In this document: positions 21,826-31,619 of the stretch, in pieces
How the letters are laid out: each line of letters begins with the position of its first letter
Position numbering within the stretch: the first letter of the stretch is position 1
From: a virus
Taxonomy: Duplodnaviria; Caudoviricetes
IMG/VR virus record: IMGVR_UViG_3300020177_000966
Strand: one strand, 5' to 3'
DNA: 64,000 nt
Notes under the pieces: model-generated
The model's database searches: none
Seen by the model: the letters and a program-made list of their open reading frames with translations, nothing else
Told to the model about the DNA's origin: nothing
Translations under genes and position numbers: made by a program

Positions 21826-23906
21826 TGGCATATACAATTAACTATTCAGACAGCAACAAAGGTACTATTTCAATTGAAGATAGTACAATTAATCAGCAAA
21901 CTAGTTTAGATCTTCCAGGACGTAATACAACTAGCTACGGTTCTGTTATTTCAGAAAACTTTTTAAAACTACTAGAAAACTTTGCAAATGCAAACGAGCC
22001 AAGAAGTCCAATTCAAGGACAGCTATGGTACGACACTTCAGTGGGTATTGATACCCTTAAAATTTATGATGGTACTGGATGGGTTAATGCAAGTGGTTTG
22101 AAAAAAGGAAATACTGCTCCAGATGTTGCAAATGCATTAACTGGCGACTTATGGTCAGATACTGATAACAATCAGCTTTACATTTTTACAGGTTCAGGAT
22201 GGACACTAGTTGGACCAGAATATAGTGACGGTTTGCTAACAGGTGCAAAGCCAGTAGTAGTAACGGGTAAAGACGAAGTACTATATACCATCTTGCAAAT
22301 TGAAGTAGCAGGACAACCTGTAGCAATTTACAGTACTAAAACATTCCAGCCAAAGAGTACAATTGCAGGATTTACAATTATTCAACCAGGACTTAATCTT
22401 TCAACTGCAAATATTGGTGGTAGCGGTATTAGCAAATATTTAGGTACAAGTGAAAAAGCTGAAAATCTTATTGTAAGCGGTGAAATAGTTAGTGCTACTA
22501 AATTTTTAAGAAGTGACAAAACAAGTACTTCCGATCAACAGATTATTATTAGTAACAACAAAGGACTACAAGTTGGACAAACTGCAAGTGTAACATTCGA
22601 CGTTCAAGGAACTTCAGGCGTTATTACTAACTTAACCTCAGGAGCACCAATTGACTTTAAAGTTAATAACTTAGGATTGCAAAAAAACGTAATTAGAATT
22701 GACTCTACAGAAAAAGTAGGTATTAACACATTAAGTCCAGCAGAAGCATTAGACGTATTAGGCTCAATTCAAACAAGCGCAAACTTAATTGTGCAAGGTA
22801 CTACTGACAGTGCTAGTATTGGAACAGGCGCTGTTAAGATTAGCGGCGGCGTTGGTATTGCTAAGAAACTATTTGTTGGAACAGACTTAAATGTTGCCGG
22901 TAATAGCACAACAGGATCAATTTTACCTAATGCAACACAAACATATTCACTAGGTAGTTCCGAAAAACGTTGGGCAACTGTAAATGCTGTTGAATTTAGA
23001 GGAAACTTAATTGGTAACATTACCGGTACAGTAACAGGTGGTGCTACAAACGCAAACAAGTTAACCAGTGCGACAACCTTCCAAATTTCCGGCGATGTTA
23101 GTTCAAACCAAATTACCTTTGACGGACAAGTAGGTGGAACATCTAAGACATTTACAACATCAATTAGTAACACATTTATTGCTAACAAACAATTAACAAC
23201 AGTACCAAATAATGATGACGAAATTATTATTAACAGAATCTCCGGCGACAATACCGGCGTGTTTAAAATTAGTCAACAAGCACTTGTAAGTAGTGTTCCA
23301 GTTATTCCTATTGCTACTATTATACCTTATGCAGGTATTAATATTCCTCCAGGATGGTTGTTATGTGACGGTACAGAATATAGAATTTCAGATTATCTTA
23401 CATTGTATAACACAATTTTATATCAGTTTAAAGACCAAAGCCAGGTACAATCAGGTTTCTTTGGTGTACCTGATCTAAGAGGTAGATTCCCACTAGGTGC
23501 TGACAATATGGGCGGTACAAGTGCTAATAGAGTTTCAGATGTTAACGCTGATACAGTTGGTCTTGGTTCGGGTGTTGAAAGTAGAGCAATTGACGTTAAA
23601 AACTTGCCAGAACACGAACACGATTTAAGATCACCAAAAGGTGCTCAATTCTATGTAATACTTGACGATAGTGGTGTACAGCAAGATGCTGATACTATTC
23701 CATATGATGCTCCAACAGGTTCAGGAGCAGGACAAGCACGTACAAGTTCAGGCGGAGTTCTAAATAGAAGAAATATTACTTATAATGCAAATACAGGACT
23801 TGAAGAATACGAGACATTTGATGTTACTGAGTTAGGTACGCCATACAATGTTATGAACCCGTTCTTAACAGTCAAATATATTATCTATACAGGAGTTGGG
23901 GGCTAA
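21825..23906 (+). CDS. Tail fibre protein with a C-terminal tail-collar domain
   Basis: Collar motif PIATIIPYAG..IPPGWLLCDG..Y....Y..LY......FGVPDLRGRFPLG. The N-terminal domain is shared with the next two ORFs. Confidence 0.85.
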   Translation: MAYTINYSDSNKGTISIEDSTINQQTSLDLPGRNTTSYGSVISENFLKLLENFANANEPRSPIQGQLWYDTSVGIDTLKIYDGTGWVNASGLKKGNTAPDVANALTGDLWSDTDNNQLYIFTGSGWTLVGPEYSDGLLTGAKPVVVTGKDEVLYTILQIEVAGQPVAIYSTKTFQPKSTIAGFTIIQPGLNLSTANIGGSGISKYLGTSEKAENLIVSGEIVSATKFLRSDKTSTSDQQIIISNNKGLQVGQTASVTFDVQGTSGVITNLTSGAPIDFKVNNLGLQKNVIRIDSTEKVGINTLSPAEALDVLGSIQTSANLIVQGTTDSASIGTGAVKISGGVGIAKKLFVGTDLNVAGNSTTGSILPNATQTYSLGSSEKRWATVNAVEFRGNLIGNITGTVTGGATNANKLTSATTFQISGDVSSNQITFDGQVGGTSKTFTTSISNTFIANKQLTTVPNNDDEIIINRISGDNTGVFKISQQALVSSVPVIPIATIIPYAGINIPPGWLLCDGTEYRISDYLTLYNTILYQFKDQSQVQSGFFGVPDLRGRFPLGADNMGGTSANRVSDVNADTVGLGSGVESRAIDVKNLPEHEHDLRSPKGAQFYVILDDSGVQQDADTIPYDAPTGSGAGQARTSSGGVLNRRNITYNANTGLEEYETFDVTELGTPYNVMNPFLTVKYIIYTGVGG

Positions 23907-23909
23907 TAA

Positions 23910-25745
23910 ATGGCATATCAAATTAATAAAACAAACGGAGCATTATTAGTTAATCTCGCAGATGGACAAATTGACGCTTCAACTACTGATATTACACTAG
24001 TAGGAAAAGGATATTCGGGTTTTGGTGAAGCATTTAACGAAAACTTTATAAGACTGCTAGAAAACTTTTCAGGTTCATCAGCACCAGCTAATCCTTTATC
24101 AGGGCAAATTTGGTGGGATTCATCAGTATCAAGATTAAAAGTTTACACTGGAACTAACTGGACAACTGGCGGAGGCCCAATTGTGCAACCTACACAGCCA
24201 GTAATGGTTGCAGGTGATCTTTGGATTAACAACGATTCTAATCAACTTTACTTTTTTGACGGCACTGATTTAGAATTAGCAGGACCTATTTATAATGCGT
24301 TCCAAGGACGCTCGGGCCCACAAGTTATTACTGTGCTTGATAGTACAGGTACAAGTAGAACTATTGTTAAGTATTGGGTTGGCGGCTCTTTAGTTGGCTT
24401 ATGGAGTAAAATTGGATTCACTCCACAGAATGTAGATACAATTCCAGGTTTTACTGGAGATGTAGTTAAAGGATTTAACGTTGTTGACAGTGATTTTATT
24501 TTTGCTGGAACAGCAAACAATACTAGAAAGCTAGTTGATGATGCTGGAGTAGAGCGAGGAGCCGGACAGTTCCTAGCAAGTGATAGTGACGATACAACTA
24601 CTGGTGCATTAATTGTTAGAAACAACGGCGGACTTACAGTAGGATTATCTGAGAACCATGTTTTAAAAGTAACTAGTCAAGGCGTTGTTGCTCTAAACGA
24701 AATTTCAAATCAAAATTATACTATTCAAATGCGTAATAGTTCTGGTATTCAAAATGCACTAAGTATTAAATCGCAGAATAGCCGTGTTGGAATTTATAAT
24801 GATAATCCATCATACACATTAGATGTTGGCGGCGATTTAAGAGTTACAGGAAGTCTTATAGTAGATGGTGATACTGTTACTATTGGAACTGAAGAACTTG
24901 TTGTTAAAGATAAAAGTATTACTCTTGCTGATGCAGGAGATAGTACATTATTAACAGATGCACAAGTTGATGAATCTGGTATTATTGTTAAGTCGGCAAA
25001 CGGCAACAAAGAATTTTTATGGCGAAATGTAACTAATGCGTGGACATCAAATACAAGCATTAATATTACAGGATCAGGATCACTTAAATTCAATGGGGTT
25101 GATATTATTACAGGCTCTAATGCAAGTGGTATTACACAGTTAGGTACACTGACATCGGCAGCTATTGGCAATATTAGTTTTCCAGGCGGTATTTCTGTTG
25201 TTACTAATGCTGTTGACGGAAGCGGCAACGGATTAAATGCAACACTTGCTGGTGATTTAAATTTTGTTACTAGTAGAAAAATTAGAAATGTATTAGATCC
25301 AGTTGCTCCTCAAGATGTTGCTACAAAAAATTATGTTGACAGTCAGATTAATTTAGAAGTAATTCCTTTAACTCTTGATGTTACAGGGTTAGGAACCGGC
25401 GCACAACTTAATACTAATGTTGGCATTATTTTAAATGACATTGTTCCATCAGGAAATAAACAAGATAATACAGAAGCAAGAATACATTGCACAACTACAA
25501 CAGGTGCTACAGCTACGCTAACAGGTTCTGCACTAGACACTGCGTTTAATGAATCAACAACTATTGTACAAGCATTAGATATCAGCGGTAATGACAACGG
25601 ATCTGTAAGTGTAATTAACAGTGCTACATTTAATAACGCTACTGGTTCGATTAGTTCAACCGTACAACGTTCGTTAAAACTGTATAGAGTAGTAGGAGGA
25701 GTATGGACATATGTGCAAGACCTAACTCCGGGCGTTTTAGTATAA
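23910..25745 (+). CDS. Tail fibre protein (paralog 2)
   Basis: The N-terminus (GKGY.GFGE..NENF..LLENF.....P..P..GQ.W.D) is shared with its neighbours. The body is G/T/N-rich and fibre-like (RVGIYNDNPSYTLDVGG). Confidence 0.75.
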   Translation: MAYQINKTNGALLVNLADGQIDASTTDITLVGKGYSGFGEAFNENFIRLLENFSGSSAPANPLSGQIWWDSSVSRLKVYTGTNWTTGGGPIVQPTQPVMVAGDLWINNDSNQLYFFDGTDLELAGPIYNAFQGRSGPQVITVLDSTGTSRTIVKYWVGGSLVGLWSKIGFTPQNVDTIPGFTGDVVKGFNVVDSDFIFAGTANNTRKLVDDAGVERGAGQFLASDSDDTTTGALIVRNNGGLTVGLSENHVLKVTSQGVVALNEISNQNYTIQMRNSSGIQNALSIKSQNSRVGIYNDNPSYTLDVGGDLRVTGSLIVDGDTVTIGTEELVVKDKSITLADAGDSTLLTDAQVDESGIIVKSANGNKEFLWRNVTNAWTSNTSINITGSGSLKFNGVDIITGSNASGITQLGTLTSAAIGNISFPGGISVVTNAVDGSGNGLNATLAGDLNFVTSRKIRNVLDPVAPQDVATKNYVDSQINLEVIPLTLDVTGLGTGAQLNTNVGIILNDIVPSGNKQDNTEARIHCTTTTGATATLTGSALDTAFNESTTIVQALDISGNDNGSVSVINSATFNNATGSISSTVQRSLKLYRVVGGVWTYVQDLTPGVLV

Positions 25746-25748
25746 ATA
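25741..25748 (+). promoter_or_regulatory. T4 late promoter consensus TATAAATA
   Basis: Exact TATAAATA, 29 nt upstream of the ATG at 25777. Confidence 0.7.
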
Positions 25749-25776
25749 CATATAACACAATTAGGGGTATTAGTAA

Positions 25777-27255
25777 ATGGCATATATAATTAATTTAACA
25801 AATGGACAACAGTTAGCCACTGTCGAGGACGGAACCATTGACCAAAGTACTACTATTAAGTTAGTAGGTAAAAACTATGCCGGTTATGGTGAAATTCAAA
25901 ACGAAAACTTTGTACATTTACTTGAAAACTTCTCTAGCGGCAATTCACCTGCTAACCCATTAAGCGGTCAGATTTGGTTTGATAGTAGCTTAAAGAAGCT
26001 CAAGTTTTATGACGGCACAAAATTTAGAACAACAGGCGGAGCTGAAGTATCCGGCACACAACCAGTTGGATTAACTACTGGTGATTTTTGGTGGGATACA
26101 TCAAATAACCAACTGTATGCACAAAATAGCGACGGTGGATTTGTCCTAATTGGTCCACAATCTATTGGTGATACAGTAACAGCTATGGTTACTTCGCAAG
26201 TAAGAGATACTACCCTAACAAATAGAACTATTATTAAAGGTACAGTCGAAGACGGCGTACAATTTATTATTAGTAATGCCGAATTTACTATTGACCAAAC
26301 AGATCCTTCGAATGTAATTACAGGTTTTGATGTAATTAGACAAGGTGTTACCTTACGAAACACAGGATCAACAGGTGTTACATCAAGTACTCATAGATTT
26401 TGGGGAACTGCAACTGATTCAGACCGATTAAACGGTCAACTAGCTTCGGCATATGCACTTTCAGGTAACGCAAATTTTACTAGTGTTGTTAGATTTGGCG
26501 ATGTTGGATTTACAGTCGGCGCGGCAAACGACTTAGCAGTATATATTGACCAAGCAGGAACTGGTGACGAAGGTGTTATTGAGAATACTACTGGACAAAA
26601 GATTAGGTTTAGAGTTAAATCTGTTGGAGGCGTAACAACTGAACCATTCCATGTTTCGGCTGTTGGACTAATTCCAACATCTACGACAACATACGACGTT
26701 GGCACTTCAAACTTTAAGTTTAGAAACATGTACGCAACTACATTTAACGGTCTTGCTACAAATGCAACTAACCTACAAGTTGGTGCAAACTTTAGAACAG
26801 GTGATGTAAACGCAACAAATAATACTGTAGCAGTTAGAGATAGTTCAGGTAACTTATCTGCTAATGTGTTTAATGGTATTTCAACTAGTGCTAGATATGC
26901 TGACTTAGCAGAAAAATATTCAACAAACGAAGAATTACCATTTGGTACAGTAGTAGCAGTTTGCGATCATCCTGATCACGAAGTAGAACCTACAAAAGTA
27001 GGTGATATAGCAATTGGTGTTGTATCGACTGATCCTGCATTTATGATGAATTCAGAAGCAGACGGACAGTACATTGCACTAAAAGGTCGTGTTCCTGTAA
27101 GAGTAACAGGTTCAGTTAAAAAAGGACAGGCAGTATATGTTGGAGACAACGGTACAGCAAATACAGTAATCAATGGCGGAAATTTAGTTGGTATTGCATT
27201 GGAATCAAACACTGAAGAGTCAGAAAAATTAGTTGAGTGCGTACTTAAAGTATAA
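25777..27255 (+). CDS. Tail fibre protein (paralog 3) with a C-terminal intramolecular-chaperone/peptidase G2-like domain
   Basis: Shared N-terminal domain. The C-terminus reads YADLAEKY....LPFGTVV...IGVVSTDPAFMMN...IALKGRVPVRVTGSVKKGQ. Confidence 0.75.
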   Translation: MAYIINLTNGQQLATVEDGTIDQSTTIKLVGKNYAGYGEIQNENFVHLLENFSSGNSPANPLSGQIWFDSSLKKLKFYDGTKFRTTGGAEVSGTQPVGLTTGDFWWDTSNNQLYAQNSDGGFVLIGPQSIGDTVTAMVTSQVRDTTLTNRTIIKGTVEDGVQFIISNAEFTIDQTDPSNVITGFDVIRQGVTLRNTGSTGVTSSTHRFWGTATDSDRLNGQLASAYALSGNANFTSVVRFGDVGFTVGAANDLAVYIDQAGTGDEGVIENTTGQKIRFRVKSVGGVTTEPFHVSAVGLIPTSTTTYDVGTSNFKFRNMYATTFNGLATNATNLQVGANFRTGDVNATNNTVAVRDSSGNLSANVFNGISTSARYADLAEKYSTNEELPFGTVVAVCDHPDHEVEPTKVGDIAIGVVSTDPAFMMNSEADGQYIALKGRVPVRVTGSVKKGQAVYVGDNGTANTVINGGNLVGIALESNTEESEKLVECVLKV

Positions 27256-27276
27256 GTATAGAAGAGGAAACATATT

Positions 27277-28191
27277 ATGGCAGTAGGCGATACAATTACC
27301 GCGGCAAGGTACAACATTATTCGAGCAAGAATTGCCGCAGTCTTAGGGCTCGGTTCCGGAGACGAAGGATACGGACAAGCAGTTGAAAGTGCTACAATTT
27401 CTTCAGGCGCAACAGTGCAAGCTGCCGACATGGTCAAACTTTACAATGACATGTATAGAATTAGACTACACCAAACTGGTGCAGTACCTACAGAAATTGC
27501 ACAACCATCAGTAGGCGATACTGTTGAGGAAAGCAATACTATATCAAAAGAAGGATATGTACAGTACGAATCCTTGAGTATTACATGTCAAGGCGCAAGA
27601 CTCAATGTTAATGCAAACCAAACAGGATTGCAGGCAGGAACATCAAGTCAAAGAACTGCAAGTTGGTCAACTGATATTAACCACATATTTACAGTAACGT
27701 TCCCCGGTTATGCTGTAACAAACGGCGACGGTTCTACAACTACAATTAGTGGTGCAGAACATATGCGTGTATTTTTTAACGCAGGCGGAACTATTAACCT
27801 AAGTGGTACTATTGGTTCAGGAAATACTCCAATTAACAACGACTGGAGAAATTTGATGACTAGCGTAGGAACTGTAGTATTTGGCAGAAGTACAACAAGC
27901 AACGGTTCAACTGGCACTAATTATGGATATTCAAACTTACCTGGCTCTTATACAGCAGTGTTTAACAAGACAGCAAGTGCGTACGGAGCCAATGATTACT
28001 TAGTTGAAGCACAGAAAAATGGTGCAGTACTAACGTTCCGTGTTACATTCAATGAAGATAAAGGCCCTAATCCCAACTTTGACGAAGCAGTAACGGCTAC
28101 AACAACAAGTACAATACAACAAAGAAGACCAAATAACGCAAGTAGTGTTAACGTTCCAGCGCCAACTTTCAATACAACTGACAACCTCTAA
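27277..28191 (+). CDS. Putative virion structural protein (304 aa)
   Basis: T/S/G/N-rich protein at the end of the fibre operon, with a GAGG RBS. No catalytic motif is seen. Confidence 0.55.
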   Translation: MAVGDTITAARYNIIRARIAAVLGLGSGDEGYGQAVESATISSGATVQAADMVKLYNDMYRIRLHQTGAVPTEIAQPSVGDTVEESNTISKEGYVQYESLSITCQGARLNVNANQTGLQAGTSSQRTASWSTDINHIFTVTFPGYAVTNGDGSTTTISGAEHMRVFFNAGGTINLSGTIGSGNTPINNDWRNLMTSVGTVVFGRSTTSNGSTGTNYGYSNLPGSYTAVFNKTASAYGANDYLVEAQKNGAVLTFRVTFNEDKGPNPNFDEAVTATTTSTIQQRRPNNASSVNVPAPTFNTTDNL

Positions 28192-28194
28192 GAT

Positions 28195-28224
28195 TAAATA
28201 GTTTATACTTAACTAGGAGTATAA
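28195..28224 (+). promoter_or_regulatory. Late promoter core TAAATA followed by an RBS-sequestering hairpin
   Basis: TAAATA at 28195-28200. TTATACT (28203-09) pairs with AGTATAA (28218-24), overlapping the AGGAG RBS (28215-19) of the ATG at 28227. Confidence 0.6.
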
Positions 28225-28226
28225 CT

Positions 28227-28574
28227 ATGGATAACGATCTAAAGAAAGCATTAGAGTTTGCTAATTTTTCTGCGACACTTAGTACACAAAAGCGACTATT
28301 GCAACAAAAATATCAAGAAGACTTAGTACTGTATCACTTAGGCGGAAGATTCACTGTTTCAAAAGAGTTATTTTCTTTTGTTTCTAATCTACTAATGCTC
28401 GATGTTAAGAAAACAGTAATTACAGATGATAACGACACCCCAGTATTAGTCGAAGATCTAAAACAGTTTGTTAATTTAGCAAAACAGCAATATGTTACAG
28501 CATCTAATAGATACTATTCTGAATACACAATCCTTACAGCTAAAAGAAATGTTGAAGGCTTAGTTAATGAGTAA
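28227..28574 (+). CDS. Hypothetical protein (115 aa), first gene of the glycosyltransferase/radical-SAM block
   Basis: Strong RBS; overlaps the start of the next gene. No recognised motif. Confidence 0.6.
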   Translation: MDNDLKKALEFANFSATLSTQKRLLQQKYQEDLVLYHLGGRFTVSKELFSFVSNLLMLDVKKTVITDDNDTPVLVEDLKQFVNLAKQQYVTASNRYYSEYTILTAKRNVEGLVNE

Positions 28575-29397
28575 AGGTGTATTATGCTTTGCAAATAATA
28601 ATGGTGAAATTGATTATGTAAAGCAAGCAGTTTTGCTTGCTAATCGAATTCGCAAGCATTTAAACTTGCCCACTACGGTTGTAACTTCAACTCCAGATGC
28701 AATTAATAGCAGTTATAGAAAAATATTTGATAACGTTATTACTATCAGCGACTCAGATAATAATTTTAAACGATATCGAAACGGCCAAGAAACTTATAAA
28801 ACTTTATATTTTAAAAATTTTGGTAGGTCTAACAGTTATGAGTTAACTCCTTATAATCAGACCTTAGTATTAGACACTGATATTATTATTTGTAATGATA
28901 CATTGAAACACGCATTTGATAGCATCCATGAATTTCAAATCTATAAAGAATGTATTGATGTAGCATCATGGCGCAAGCATAAAGAATTTGATTATATTAA
29001 TGATAAGGGTATTCCATTTTATTGGGCTTCAATATTTTATTTTAAAAAAACGCCAGAAATTAAAACATTCTTTACTATATTAAATTATGTAGTAAACAAT
29101 TGGGAACATTATCAATATGTTTATGATCTAGGATCTCGTAACTTTAGAAATGATCATGCGTTTAGTATTGCAATACACATACTGAACGGATTTAAAGATT
29201 TAGACTGGGCTAAATCGTTGCCTGGAAAGTTATATTATTCTCTAGATAGAGATATTTTACATAAGCTACACGATGAACAATTAACATTTCTTCTTGAAAA
29301 GGAGAATATTCATGGCGAGTATACATTAGCATCAACAAATAATATGAATGTACACGTAATGAATAAATTTAGTTTGGATAAGTTAATAAATGTCTAA
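28567..29397 (+). CDS. GT-A-fold glycosyltransferase-like protein
   Basis: DxD motif in QTLVLDTDII, plus the SYELTPY and RNDHAFSIA patterns. Paralogous to 29390. Confidence 0.65.
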   Translation: MSKGVLCFANNNGEIDYVKQAVLLANRIRKHLNLPTTVVTSTPDAINSSYRKIFDNVITISDSDNNFKRYRNGQETYKTLYFKNFGRSNSYELTPYNQTLVLDTDIIICNDTLKHAFDSIHEFQIYKECIDVASWRKHKEFDYINDKGIPFYWASIFYFKKTPEIKTFFTILNYVVNNWEHYQYVYDLGSRNFRNDHAFSIAIHILNGFKDLDWAKSLPGKLYYSLDRDILHKLHDEQLTFLLEKENIHGEYTLASTNNMNVHVMNKFSLDKLINV

Positions 29398-30190
29398 AGG
29401 ATATGTAATGATGGCTTCAGGCAAAGATTATGTGAAACAGGCATATCTTTGCGCATTGAGTATTAAGAAAACACAAGAAATTAATAGTGTTTCTATTATT
29501 ACTAATGATAAACTTCCAGATGAGTATCGTAATGTATTTGATAATGTAATTGCTATACCTTGGCAATCTGGCACCGACTTTTATCGTACTGAAGATCGTT
29601 GGAAAATCTTTCATGTAACTCCCTATACAGAAACTATTGTTTTAGATACTGACATGATATTTTTATCTAATATAGACCATGTTTGGACCTATTTAGAAAA
29701 ATATGACGTATGCTTTACTACAAATGTTCAAACATATAAAGGTACTATAGTTAAAGATAATTATTATAGACAAGCATTTATAAAAAATAACTTACCAAAC
29801 GTGTATTGTGCATTTCATTATTTTAAAAAGAACGATATTGGATTACAATATTATAAACATCTAGAATTAGTTTGTAAAAATCATGAGGAATTTTACAATA
29901 TTTACTTAAAGAAATTAAAGCCTAGGTTAAGTAGTATGGATATCAATCATGCAATAGCAGTTTTAAATACTAATTTAGAAAAATACTCTTGCAACTTATT
30001 ATCATTTACTCACATGAAATCAAAAGTACAAGACTGGAGTAATCCAAGTGATAATTGGTTAGATGACATTCCGTATTATATGGATGATGAATGTAACTTA
30101 AAAATAGGAAATTATAGTCAGTTAGGTGTATTTCATTATACAGAAGATAAATTTTGTAATCAAATTATGGAGAAATACAATGTATGCTAA
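29390..30190 (+). CDS. GT-A-fold glycosyltransferase-like protein (paralog)
   Basis: ETIVLDTDMIF (DxD), IFHVTPY, C-terminal FTHMK and FHYT. Aligns by eye with 28567. Confidence 0.65.
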   Translation: MSKGYVMMASGKDYVKQAYLCALSIKKTQEINSVSIITNDKLPDEYRNVFDNVIAIPWQSGTDFYRTEDRWKIFHVTPYTETIVLDTDMIFLSNIDHVWTYLEKYDVCFTTNVQTYKGTIVKDNYYRQAFIKNNLPNVYCAFHYFKKNDIGLQYYKHLELVCKNHEEFYNIYLKKLKPRLSSMDINHAIAVLNTNLEKYSCNLLSFTHMKSKVQDWSNPSDNWLDDIPYYMDDECNLKIGNYSQLGVFHYTEDKFCNQIMEKYNVC

Positions 30191-30701
30191 TTGGGATAGA
30201 AAACAGTATGCATGTTTTGTTAAAGAAACAGGCGAACTGTTTAGTGTAGGGGCTTCCATTGAAGATGGCTACGAATATATTGAAGTTACCGAAAGAGAAA
30301 TAGCACCAATACAGTCCTATGAAGATAAAATGGAAGATTACAGAGTTCTGTTTGACATTATAACTAAAACTTATAAGTTAAAAAAGAACATATCTATAAA
30401 TGATAAATTTGTTTTCAATAAAGTATTGCATATATCTGATGATAGTTTGCATGATCTAATATTTACAGTTGACAAGCAACATAATTTATGTTATATTAGT
30501 ACAAATCAGAGTCTTGTAGACTCTAAGTTAGAAGAAGAAATACTGTTTAGTGTAACAAAAAAAGAAGATCCGCATTTTTTGTATAAGTCAGTTAAGTTCA
30601 ATTTAAGTGACACACAACATGTAGATTTAAACGTACCAGATGAATACAGCATTTATTCAAATAGCAAAATAACTAGATGCGTGTATGAGGAAAAGAAATG
30701 A
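30180..30701 (+). CDS. Hypothetical protein (173 aa)
   Basis: The ATG at 30180 overlaps the upstream gene end and is preferred over 30126. No motif recognised. Confidence 0.55.
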   Translation: MYANWDRKQYACFVKETGELFSVGASIEDGYEYIEVTEREIAPIQSYEDKMEDYRVLFDIITKTYKLKKNISINDKFVFNKVLHISDDSLHDLIFTVDKQHNLCYISTNQSLVDSKLEEEILFSVTKKEDPHFLYKSVKFNLSDTQHVDLNVPDEYSIYSNSKITRCVYEEKK

Positions 30702-31618
30702 AGTTAAAGATTGCAGAACAAGATATTATATATTTGAGTTATGATGAACCTAATGCAGAAGAAAATTATGCTGACTTGCTTACTAAGGCACCTTGGGCTA
30801 AACGTGTGCATGGCGTAGAAGGTAGTGATGCCGCACATAAAGCATGTGCTGAATTAAGTGAAACGGATCGATTTATTACAGTTGATGGCGATAATAAAAT
30901 TCGTCCAGATTTTATTAATCAAGTATTAGACTTTGACGAACATACAGATTTAGAAAATAGTGTTATTAGCTGGTGTGGTAAAAATGCTATTAATGGACTT
31001 ATGTACGGCAACGGCGGTTTAAAATGTTGGCCTAAAGAGTATGTGCTTAATATGCGTACACACGAAAACGCCGATCCAGATAATAAGTCTGCCCAAGTAG
31101 ATTTTTGTTGGGACTTGCAATACATTCAACAGAACAGTTGCTATAGTGATGTGTATAATAACGCCACGCCACATCAAGCATGGCGAGCTGGATTTCGTGA
31201 AGGTGTAAAGATGGCATTAGACCGAGGTGTTAAACCTACTAAAGAAAATTTCCTTTCTGGCCATTGGAAAAATTTACACAGACTGTGGATTTGGTTAATG
31301 GTTGGTTCTGATACTCCAAATGGAAACTGGGCAATTTATGGAGCACGTGAAGGTCTAGTTGCTACAATGTTAGATGATTGGGATTATGTAAATGTAAGAG
31401 ATTTTAAATATTTAAACGATCTATGGGCCGGCCGAGATGCGTTGCCACTAGAAGTATTACATGACGAAATTTTTATACATGGCGCACGCCTAGTAAATGA
31501 ACTAGAATGTCCAATTGCTATTCAGCCATTTACTGAAGAACAAAGTGCTTTTTTTAAAACAGTTTATCAAAATCCTAGTAGAAATAGTGCCCAGCAGTTT
31601 ATTATAGACAAGGAATAA
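30698..31618 (+). CDS. Glycosyltransferase-like protein (second family)
   Basis: IIYLSYDEPNAE..., RVHGVEGSDAAHKACA...FITVDGDN (DxD) and AWRAGFREGVK. Paralogous to 32954. Confidence 0.55.
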   Translation: MKLKIAEQDIIYLSYDEPNAEENYADLLTKAPWAKRVHGVEGSDAAHKACAELSETDRFITVDGDNKIRPDFINQVLDFDEHTDLENSVISWCGKNAINGLMYGNGGLKCWPKEYVLNMRTHENADPDNKSAQVDFCWDLQYIQQNSCYSDVYNNATPHQAWRAGFREGVKMALDRGVKPTKENFLSGHWKNLHRLWIWLMVGSDTPNGNWAIYGAREGLVATMLDDWDYVNVRDFKYLNDLWAGRDALPLEVLHDEIFIHGARLVNELECPIAIQPFTEEQSAFFKTVYQNPSRNSAQQFIIDKE

Positions 31619-31619
31619 A

